This document shows, piece by piece, positions 35,216 to 46,100 of a stretch of DNA of 64,000 nt. Numbering within the stretch: the stretch's first letter is position 1; the number at the start of each line of letters is the position of its first letter. The notes below the pieces were generated by a model. That model made no database searches, had not been told where the DNA came from, and saw only the letters and a list, made by a program, of their open reading frames with translations. Location: contig NMRA01000194.1 in assembly GCA_002633005.1 (NCBI GenBank), positions 375,074-439,073 of the forward strand, given 5' to 3'. The DNA comes from Phoronis australis. Its lineage: Eukaryota; Animalia; Phoronida. A program made the translations under genes and the position numbers.

Positions 35216-37431
35216 AAACAAGAGCAACGCAGTGCGTTGAAATGCGCCACCAATGCACCGCATACGGGGTGCTTCTATGGTTGTTTATATGTATCATAAA
35301 AACTGCCACTAGATGGCACAAAAATGTCCAATCAACACGAAGACAGGAACATACCATCTTTCTTTAATAGAAAGGTATTAACCAAATTTTATAAAAATCT
35401 GTCAAAGCACTTCAGAGAAACAAAGGAAAACTGAAAAAAAACAACAGGAACATGCCATATTTCACAAAAATCTGTCAAGGAACTTCAGAGAAACAAAGGA
35501 AAACAGAATAAAATGAAATTGCCGCTAGTGGGCATAGTGTCCATTGGATCCACCTGAAAGTCGTCGTCGTCTTTTGTTATCTTCATATAAATACACTTAC
35601 TAAATTTAGTAAAGATCCTGTAGTGGGTTTAAGAGATACAACTATGGGCGCGAAACAAAACTACCAGTAAGAGGCGCCACAGTAATCAGTCACCATCATC
35701 AAAGGTCATCTTCACACTGAGTACATATACGCCAATTTTCAAATGATTTGGTTGATACAGTGATGGACACCAAAAACAAGATTTGAAAACAGCAAAAATG
35801 GCCACTAGGTGGTGCAAAATACCTAGATTACATCCAAAAACAGGAAGATAGCGTCATCACACCAATAGATGCCTATATTTAAAATTTCATGAAAATCTGT
35901 TGAGGACCTTTGAAGATACTGAGTTACACATAAAAAACTAAAATTGCCACCAGGGGGCACAGCAGTAATCAGATCTGTCCGAAAGTCGTCGTCATCCGTA
36001 GTCAACATCAAAAAATATACTTGCTAAATTAAGTAAAGATCCTGCGAACGGCTTAGGAGATACAGCCATAGCCGCAACAAAAACAGAACTGCCACTAGGA
36101 GGTGCCACAGAAGTCGAAGTCGTCGGAAAATCATCGTCAACCGTCCTCTTTATAGTAAGCACATACATGGCAATTTTCACAATCATCCTTTGAGCTGTTT
36201 AGTTGATAGAGGGGTGTACGCAAAAAACAGACTCGAGGTGCCTACATATTAAATTTTAAGAAAATCCGCTAAGGACTTTTGAAGGTACAAAGGTAAACGT
36301 ACAAAAATAAAATTGCCACTAGGGGGCACACCGGTAGTTGGATCTGTCCAAAAGTCGTCGTCGTCGATTATTAACATCATATAAATATACTTCCTACGTT
36401 TTGTAAAGATCCTGCAAACGGTTTAGGAGATACAACCATAGGCGCAAAAAAAAAACTGCCACTAGGAGGCGCCACAGTAGTCGAAATCGTAGGAAAATCA
36501 TCGTCAACCGTCCTCTACATAATAAGCATATACATGCCAATTTTCACAATCATCCTTTAAGCGGTTTGGTTGATAGAGGGGTGGACGCACAAAAACAGAC
36601 TCGAAAACAGTAAAAATGGCCACTAGGTGGTGCAAACTATGTCAAGTCCATCCGAAAACAGGAGGATAGCGTCACCTCACTGATAGGTGCCTACATATTA
36701 AATTTCATGAAAATCCGTTAAGGACTTTTGAAGATACAAAGGTAAATGTAAAAAAAACATAAATTGCCACTAGGGGGCACACCGGTAGTCGATCTGTCCA
36801 AAAGGCGTCGTCGTCCGTTGTTAACATCACATAATTATACTTACTAAATTTCGTAAAGATCCTGCAAACGGTTTAGGAGATACAGCCATAGGCATAAAAA
36901 ACAAAACTACCACTAGGAGGTGCCACAGAAGTCGAAGTCGTCGGAAAATCATCGTCAACCGTCCTCTTCATAGTAAGCACATACATGCCAATTTTCACAA
37001 TCACCCTTTGAGCGGTTTGATTGATAGAGGGGTGGACTCAAAAAAACAGACTTGAAAACGTAAAAATGGCCACTAGATGGTGCAAACTACGTCGAATCGA
37101 TCCGAAAATGGGAGGATAGCATCATCTCACTAATAGGTGCCTACATACCATATTTCATGAAAATCCGTTCAGGACTTTTGAAGATACAAACTTAAGGTAA
37201 GCGTAAAAAACAAAAATTACCACTAGGGGGCACACCTGTAGTCGGATCCATCCGAAAGTTCGCTCATGCCGTCCCATTCATGAATGGAACATATGTGCCA
37301 AACATCATGAGCGTATATCACAGGGTTTTGGAGATAGAGCATCGGACGCTGGAGGAAGGCCGCCCGGACGGACGGACGGACGGAGATGACGGCATAATGC
37401 GTCCACACATAAATATGTGGGCGCATAAAAA
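35216..37431 (+). mobile_element. Helentron/DINE-1-type non-autonomous element with an internal tandem array (about 150-bp monomers, about 451-bp trimeric higher-order repeat)
   Basis: aaacaagagc terminus; tandem array about 35300-37260; (ggac)n microsatellite 37366-37384; terminal hairpin atgcgtccaca...tgtgggcgcat 37397-37426 followed by an A-run; related termini at 12320 and 20088. Confidence 0.75.
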
Positions 37432-37453
37432 CTTTTATAGCCTACAGTCCTTT

Positions 37454-39696
37454 CAGGGCTCGACATAACGAGCTGCAGGTCGCATTTGCGACCTGAAACG
37501 GAAATGCGAGCTGAGATTTTTGTCAGCTCGTATCAAGTCGCAAAATGCGACCTGGAATTTCCAACGAATGCGAGCTGAGTTTTTATACTTCTCGGCATAT
37601 ACCTGGCAAATATAAAGCAGCTATTGTTAATCCGACCATTACTTGGTTGTTGCCAAATCCAAGTTCAAAAGACCACTAACTGAGAACAGCCCTCCCGATG
37701 ACTTCTAAGCAAGTAGCATGACCATGGGATAAGCAGAATCGATCTTTGATGCGTTTCATTGGCTAACATTTTCGGTCACTTATGCAAATTTCCGGATTTG
37801 CCGAAGAAAGTTTCGGGCCACATAACACGTGATAAAACCTCACAAAACAGTGGTGTTTCTATTAATTCTTAGGCGATCAACTTATCAAACTTTGTGTTGG
37901 ACAAATATGTTTGTTTTTTGCTTAAGATGTCTTTATTACCTTTATCAAATATCCACGACAATATCCCTGATATCGCACTGCGGCACTGGTCGGTCCCGAT
38001 GTTAGCGTGCAAGCGGTCCCGGCAAGACAATCGTGACTTAGATATGTTCGCCTAGTTTTTATCCCATAAGACAGCCAAAGTGAAAATGACAACCTATTAA
38101 TCCCCAAACGACGATCACATCTTTACTTTCAGTTGCCAAGAAATTCTCAAACCCCATTACTTGTTTCTCAGTGGGGCTACGTGCGCGAAATATGATTTGT
38201 CTTTCACACGTTGTTGCCAACGTAAAGTTTAGGCCTATTCCAGTGATTTAAGTGCGTGAACTCACGTGTGCTCACCGTTTTGAAGCAGTACGTCAAAAGA
38301 GAACAGCGGCAGTCCTAAATGAAAGAGTATACCGGCTTGGCTCTGTTAAGCACCCGGGTGCCAATGGTTTATTTGAAAATGAACTCAAAGATTTCCGGCG
38401 GTTACGATGCTTTACGATATTCCCCGGGGCGGATGTAACCCAGAACTGATATTTTCCGGTTCCGATGTTTCTCGAGGTCGATGTTCTCTAAACCCTATAT
38501 TCTATGCCCGTAGCCAGCTATTGCAACTAAACGGGTACTAGATGCGAAAATGTGGTTAGCGAACTTTTTATTCTTCTCTTTATACACCTCTCCCGCCCCC
38601 TCCCCGGCAACTTTTCGTTCCCCTGACCACCGCCTCCGCAAAAATGTTCAGACTCCAATAGAAACAATCACGTTCCAGGTGAAGCGGGCAATTAAAAACA
38701 AAATTATTCCATGTGGCTAAAAAGGGTACAGTGTAGGTGGTAATGATATGCAGAAAGTCACCCCTACTAGATGGAGTTTGCCTCGCAAAATCGTATTATT
38801 ATGACGTTTCATTGTAGTCTTTTAATATCTTATTACCGCAAACACTCAGGTTAACGACTATGCTAACGCACAAGCCTACTCCCTNNNNNNNNNNNNNNNN
38901 NNNNNNNNNNNNNNNNNNNNNNNNNNNNNNNNNNNNNNNNNNNNNNNNNNNNNNNNNNNNNNNNNNNNNNNNNNNNNNNNNNNNNNNNNNNNNNNNNNNN
39001 NNNNNNNNNNNNNNNNNNNNNNNNNNNNNNNNNNNNNNNNNNNNNNNNNNNNNNNNNNNNNNNNNNNNNNNNNNNNNNNNNNNNNNNNNNNNNNNNNNNN
39101 NNNNNNNNNNNNNNNNNNNNNNNNNNNNNNNNNNNNNNNNNNNNNNNNNNNNNNNNNNNNNNNNNNNNNNNNNNNNNNNNNNNNNNNNNNNNNNNNNNNN
39201 NNNNNNNNNNNNNNNNNNNNNNNNNNNNNNNNNNNNNNNNNNNNNNNNNNNNNNNNNNNNNNNNNNNNNNNNNNNNNNNNNNNNNNNNNNNNNNNNNNNN
39301 NNNNNNNNNNNNNNNNNNNNNNNNNNNNNNNNNNNNNNNNNNNNNNNNNNNNNNNNNNNNNNNNNNNNNNNNNNNNNNNNNNNNNNNNNNNNNNNNNNNN
39401 NNNNNNNNNNNNNNNNNNNNNNNNNNNNNNNNNNNNNNNNNNNNNNNNNNNNNNNNNNNNNNNNNNNNNNNNNNNNNNNNNNNNNNNNNNNNNNNNNNNN
39501 NNNNNNNNNNNNNNNNNNNNNNNNNNNNNNNNNNNNNNNNNNNNNNNNNNNNNAAAATCAATTTTGGCGCGTAAAAATGGCGGGAAAATTTTGCGACCTG
39601 GCATTTATGAATGCGAGCTGGATTTTGGAAATGCGACCTGGGATTCTGGCTAGGTCGCAAAATGCGACCTGGCGATTTTAATAGCGTCGAGCCCTG
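37454..39696. mobile_element. hAT-like non-autonomous element with 5-bp TSD, spanning an assembly gap
   Basis: TIR cagggctcgac...gtcgagccctg; flanking ccttt (37449-37453, 39697-39701); multiple subterminal tgcgacctg/tgcgagctg repeats at both ends. Confidence 0.8.
38885..39553. other. Assembly gap
   Basis: Run of N. Confidence 1.
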
Positions 39697-40991
39697 CCTT
39701 TTCACAACAATGTTGACAATATCTCTAATCTCTTTGAAAATAGCAAAAAAATTCAAAGCGAGAATTCGCTTTTCCCATTTTTCTTCTGGGTTTTCGTCAA
39801 AACTTTGACAAAGTCAGACAAATTTTTACAAGTACATGTAAACCAGGAAATATTTATTGTGTGACATTGCAGTGATCACTGCCAGGCTACAATGCTAGAC
39901 ATCAAGCAAGTTGACTTTCTTACTCCACTTACCCGATCACCTTGCCCACTGAATTAGAACAACAGGTGAAGAAGTTGACTGACTTCACTGAAGTATATGT
40001 AACAAGTCATGTTGACAGGTGCCGCACACAACTTCTGAACCACAGTCTACACACAGATTGTAGTCCATCTTGACACACAAAATCTCAGAATGAGCCCTGA
40101 GCCAAGGTCACAGTGGCGAGTTCCTAAGCAATACATACTAGCCAATCGGCTGGCTGTCTGGAGGTTACAATATTCCCTATCAATTTCTAAATCAATCTCA
40201 TCTCATGTATTGTAAATGGGCAGCAGGCCAAATCCGGTCACAAAATGGTTTTCCCCTCGTCAAAAATACATCTTACACCAAAATTGTAACTTGAAAAAGC
40301 GCTTACTTTCCTCACAAAACTTCTCTTATACTACACCATATCCTCAATGGAGCATGACTTTGGAATTGAGATTACTTTGTCAAAGAATTCCAACTCCACT
40401 TTTTTCATCACCGTTACATTTTTAATCAACTGACATCACGCGACTTAAGCATGTTCAACGTGACCTAACGCTTGACACTTGTAAAATGTAGCATGGGAAG
40501 ATAATCAGTGGAATTAGGAAGAATTGTGTCCTGTGGACATTTTGCTCAACAGGCGTGACTTTGCACAGCTTCCACAAAATGGCACCCAGTAACGAAAATT
40601 TGAGGGAACCGGGTGAGATTTTCATTGAATATCTTCAAATTATGTTGTCAAAGTGTGTTAACTATACCCCAAAGTGTATACATGCATGTTTCGTTCGATG
40701 TTATTTGCTGTATTTTGACGCAACTTACTTTATATGGGGATATAATTTCGCCTGTGTATGCCTGTGGAATAAACCACAATGTAATTGCAAAGCGAGCTCC
40801 AGTCCAGGTGACCAACTCAAGCCCTGCCTGGTGTGACATGAACAGTGAATTTACTATTCTGGATATGAATCACATGTCCAGAAAAGACTCTCCAAATTGC
40901 GTGACAATGGGCAAGTGCCTATTGGCTGAACAGTTTCAACACTAGACAGTGGCCACCATACCTAGTTGAACTACAGATGGTGAAGCTCCTA

Positions 40992-42473
40992 CAGGCGCTT
41001 CATACGCCAGACGCTTTTCGGCGAATTATGCCTCACACTGATTAGTACTTTGTTCAGTTCCCGAAATCGGAAACTGGCCATTTTTTACACGGCGCGCAGT
41101 AGCTGTATGAATACTATCGTCAAAATACATCTAGGTACTATTGTGTGTTAAGCTCCGGGGGACCTCGAAATTGCAAACAGCCCAGATAGTTCTGCTTGTC
41201 ACCTCGCCCTGAAGTGAAAAACAATGTAACATTTTTCATTTTGCATAATTCTCCGCCTTTTGCAATAATGAAAACAATGTCATAGTTTTGAAAACAGTAT
41301 GCTCGTGTCATGCGCACACACCATCATACCACAATTTTAGCAGCAGAATAACAATAGAACGCCAATTTTTCCAACATCGCTAGCTAATTTAGTTTACTCA
41401 AGGAGTGTAGTTATTAAAGACACTAATTTTGTGTCTAGATTTTATCTGGTCAGATTTTTAGCCACATCGGTACAAAGCTGTATATTTAGTATACTGTACT
41501 ACTAGCAGGGACTCATCTAGGATTTGAAAATTGGGGGTCCAAATTCGTGAGACTGACGAGTCGTGCAAAGCGCAAATCTGAGGCGCGCAGTGCTGGGGGG
41601 GGNNNNNNNNNNNNNNNNNNNNNNNNNNNNNNNNNNNNNNNNNNNNNNNNNNNNNNNNNNNNNNNNNNNNNNNNNNNNNNNNNNNNNNNNNNNNNNNNNN
41701 NNNNNNNNNNNNNNNNNNNNNNNNNNNNNNNNNNNNNNNNNNNNNNNNNNNNNNNNNNNNNNNNNNNNNNNNNNNNNNNNNNNNNNNNNNNNNNNNNNNN
41801 NNNNNNNNNNNNNNNNNNNNNNNNNNNNNNNNNNNNNNNNNNNNNNNNNNNNNNNNNNNNNNNNNNNNNNNNNNNNNNNNNNNNNNNNNNNNNNNNNNNN
41901 NNNNNNNNNNNNNNNNNNNNNNNNNNNNNNNNNNNNNNNNNNNNNNNNNNNNNNNNNNNNNNNNNNNNNNNNNNNNNNNNNNNNNNNNNNNNNNNNNNNN
42001 NNNNNNNNNNNNNNNNNNNNNNNNNNNNNNNNNNNNNNNNNNNNNNNNNNNNNNNNNNNNNNNNNNNNNNNNNNNNNNNNNNNNNNNNNNNNNNNNNNNN
42101 NNNNNNNNNNNNNNNNNNNNNNNNNNNNNNNNNNNNNNNNNNNNNNNNNNNNNNNNNNNNNNNNNNNNNNNNNNNNNNNNNNNNNNNNNNNNNNNNNNNN
42201 NNNNNNNNNNNNNNNNNNNNNNNNNNNNNNNNNNNNNNNNNNNNNNNNNNNNTGAAAAAGTTGAGTTCACGATTTTGGGAACTGAAATAGGGACTGCTCG
42301 AAGAAAAAGTTTCATAACGGGAGTATTTGTTCGAGTTGGAAGGAATTAAACACATCGACAACCTCCTAAGGTGTTCCTCTATGCGCAAAAGGTATTTGTA
42401 ACAACGTGACTTTGATGGTTTAGTCGGTGCGAGGCATAATTCGCCGAAAAGCTTCCGGCGTACAGAGCGCCTA
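40992..42473. mobile_element. TA-flanked TIR element (Tc1/mariner-like), spanning an assembly gap
   Basis: About 55-bp imperfect inverted repeats with core gcttttcggcgaattatgcctc (about 41013) and gaggcataattcgccgaaaagc (about 42431); TA at 40990-40991 and 42474-42475. Confidence 0.65.
41603..42252. other. Assembly gap
   Basis: Run of N following a poly-G tract. Confidence 1.
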
Positions 42474-42692
42474 TAGCCTCTACATCGCCTCTGCTTCGGG
42501 CCAACAGAGGCGATGGTCATTGCCTATTTGAACGCTTGACTGGCACGAGGCCGAGTGTGCCCGGTTCAGGCGGTTGACCGACCATACAGCCATCGACAGG
42601 TGATTTTCTATGTAAGTTCCCCGTTACTGATTGGTGGTCTAATCTAGCTTGTTAATATAAATAGGTTATTATTATACAGTCTTTCTGATTAC

Positions 42693-43121
42693 CTTTATGC
42701 CTTCATTCACAGAGAACGTAACTTTTTCCCGAACACCTTTGAGACAGCGCCAAGCCAACTTAGGCACTTTTGATCTTGTACTGAGCTTTTTCCGTCTCCA
42801 AGCTTAGTTTCGAAATTTCAAAGATTTTAAAGTTTGTTGCTTCATTTGACTGTCATGAAATGTAGTTTGGTCTTTATAATTCTCTATGCTCAATTATTGG
42901 AGACATTCAAAAGATGTATCAGAAATTTGTCAGAAATTGATGAAATACGATTACGTTTATGTGATTCCTGTCAACTCAGCACACCGAAGCCGCCATTTTT
43001 CAAGTTTCCGGGGAAGGAAAAGCTGCAGGGGTTGGCTGTCGCTGAATTCTTGTTTGTCGTCTGGAGAAAACATCTGTTCTGAACATCCTTAATGAAAACT
43101 TCTGATACAATGTCTGAAATG
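42693..43121. promoter_or_regulatory. Candidate bidirectional promoter with first exons of DBR1 (-) and ARMC8 (+)
   Basis: Minus-strand donor AAG|GTAATC at 42693/42692; plus-strand donor ATG|GTATGC at 43121/43122; YY1-like GCCGCCATTTT near 42989 between them. Confidence 0.4.
43110..43121 (+). CDS. ARMC8: Putative ARMC8 first coding exon end (MSEM; alternative in-frame ATG at 43092)
   Basis: ATG TCT GAA ATG|gtatgc phase-0 donor that fits the next exon; YY1-like GCCGCCATTTT about 110 bp upstream; too short to confirm by homology. Confidence 0.5.
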
Positions 43122-46100
43122 GTATGCCTTTTTATTCTAATGTAAAAACGTTACTACTGAGTAGCTGGAATGCAAAACATGAATGAATCTAGAGTCGTCT
43201 GCAACATGTGAACAGCGCCAGGCCCTTGCCAAGGGTGGATCGGTGCATCGCCCGTGGCCGTTAGACACGTAGACACGTAATCCGTCTGCAAATAAATATT
43301 TAAAGACATGCTCCACAAGGTCATTAAACCGAGGAACACAATTTTGACCAAATAATACAAATTAAAATCGTACCTGTGTTGGTTACAAGGCATTCAAATG
43401 AAGCAAAAGTACTATTTCCTAACCTAACCAAAAAAGAAAAAGTCACTTAATGAAAGAAGTTGGCAGTATATGCAAAAAGGTCAACTTTGGTAATTGTTTA
43501 CAATATGACGACATTGACTTACACACATGATTTTGGTATCGTTCGACTTCTCTCATCGTTCTCAATCCAAAAATATAACGACGTTTCCTACCTTGCCCTC
43601 TTACAATTTTATCGTTAAGTTTTTGTTGGCATTATTTCCTCATTGAAACCGACATGTTCAATCAACGTAAGATTACAGTGACATCTGTTGACAACGAATA
43701 AAACGCTGTGCAATCCAGTCGCAGTGTCCGCAAGATTCCCCTTGATTATTACACTAAGAAATCCCAGTCTTACCTTATAATAACTATGGAGTTCGTTAGT
43801 CATGTGATCGAGAGACCGAATCCATCAAACAGGTCAATTACTGGAGACTGGTCTCATTTCACAGCATTCGAATTGGACAATATTCCTCGATCACGACTTG
43901 TCCTGGACGCTGGTCATAAGGTTGTACCATACGTTATTAATTGTTATGTCAAGTGTGCCGACTACGCACCCTGTGGTCAGTTCTGAGTTCTTCCCATATT
44001 CGACTCGGTATGCCCATAATTCACTTCTCTCAATGGAAGTCTCAATCAATGAATTGCTCATCTATAGCAATTCATTGATTGAATGTGACACGCACTAATT
44101 AAGAGTCGTTATCAACAACCTCCCTCTCTTGATGGCTGTTGGCTTCAATTCCACATGAATTTTGTTTATTGGACATTTGAGTGTTGTAGGTGATTATCAA
44201 GACGCTCGGCAAGATTTTGCGGTTGGTCTTCCGCTCATTATTTACGAAACCCCTTAACAGAGCAACGCGCCTACTTACTGGATTTTTTCAGATATTCAAT
44301 AACTCACTTCTAATTCTCAAGTATACTAAAAAGTCCATTTTAAGAAATATTTATATCTTTTGAAGAGATAACGTCGAATTGCTGAAAAGATGCTAATTTT
44401 TGATATGTATTTGGCGAATCGTGGTTGATAACTCATTAATATTCCTATTTCATATTCTGTTAAGAATTCAAGCGTGTAGTCATTTTACACATGAAATCCG
44501 GGCATTGGTTTCGGATATAGATACACCAGTGTTCTCCACGACCACTTATAATGTGTCGCAGCGTCCTGTTTGGCCGAGCGCGCGTCCTGTTTAAATGTCC
44601 CACGTCCTGTTTAAAAATCCAGCGTCCTGTTTAAAAATCCCGCGACCAGTTTCAAATTACGCTTGACAGCAACTGGCCATAGCCCATTGAAACTGAATAA
44701 AGGCTAAGGAAGTGGTCAGTTGTGGACAGCCTAATCACCGGCCCCACTCAAGCGGCAGACCGGGCCGCTAGTCTATTTATGGTGTAATGCGGCGTGTAAA
44801 TGATCTCTCAATTATCTTTTCAATTCATCTGGAACAACTAGTCAATTTGAACAAAGGCCCAGTGCTACCTATACGCCTAATCCACTACCTGCTCACTGGA
44901 GGTGCAGTCCATCACTAAAGTCGCTGATCCATGCGTTAAGCCTATTTGCTTTTTGCGTTCGGCAGACAACTGATCATATTACCTGTTGAAAATAATTAAG
45001 GCTCGGTGGTTAGTTCTGCTGGTTAGTTGTGCGAAGTATATGCTGTCAGCAAAGACACCGTTGCGCAGCAGTTTATGCAACGACCGTCTTCTGGGAGGCC
45101 AGAATTTTAATTGGTTTTCGTAGCACATTTTTCAATATTCCGTGGGCCCAACGGCACAGACTTTACCGATACCAGTCTCAAAACTATTTTCATGAAACTG
45201 CTTTTGATGGCTCTCATTGGTTGTTGTTTGTGTATTTCTCACTTAGATAAATATTATTGGTTACTTTTGGTGCCACCAGCCCATTGAGAATGACCGAGTT
45301 CATCTCGTTGCCTTACAAGGAGTTTTGCTGGCAGCATGAACATGATATTTGTGGTGCATACTCCCTATAAAAATCTGCCAAGCCGTTGGCAAGCTAAATA
45401 GTAGCCGTGCGTGACGTTTGCGGTTTTGGGGGAGAACTCGAGAATTGGGACAGCGGGTGATGTCACTGAGTAAAGTTCAAAATATAAGTGTTTCGCGCTG
45501 ATAAATTGCAGCCAAAGCATGTGATCTCATTGAAATCAAGCGGTAATATCTCGCGTAATCTCGCAGAGTCTTGTTTACCTAGCTTGGTCCTTACGTTAGT
45601 GAATTCTATCCTGGCTTCCGTTACCAATTGACATGCGCATTCTACATACTTAGAAATGTCGTCTGCCGCGCAAAAGCGAAGCACCGCTAAACCTAAGGAT
45701 TATTTTAAAAACCGAGAGATGTTTCAGATACTGACGTTGACTCTGATGCAGATACGACAGATAATCCAGGGCCGGATGGTGGTGATATTGCCGGGCTCGG
45801 TCAACGAATCACAAATATCCGTGTCATGAACGGTGAACCGAATTTTTGCCGACAACGTCAAACATCGGCAATACAAATGAATACAATTCGCTCTAACTTG
45901 AGAATAGATGGTTTTCATCTGGAAAAATGAGTTTGTGACAATCCTGAAAATTATGGGAATTCCATGGTTGAAAGCGTTTGATAATTCAATTGATATCTTT
46001 TTAGAAATATTGATTGTCATCAACAGGCCTAACACTCCCGTCCAAGTAGATGGAAAACGCACGTGAATTGTTTTGTTTACCATACCTAATTTGTATTCAT

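Noticed and set aside
35300-37260. Regularly spaced conserved motifs resembling a CRISPR array
   Set aside because: The intervening sequences are themselves repeated in a trimeric higher-order pattern rather than unique spacers; the context is eukaryotic and there are no cas genes
38860-42520. Long ORFs of 230-335 aa in the ORF track
   Set aside because: They are artefacts of translating N gaps (poly-X)
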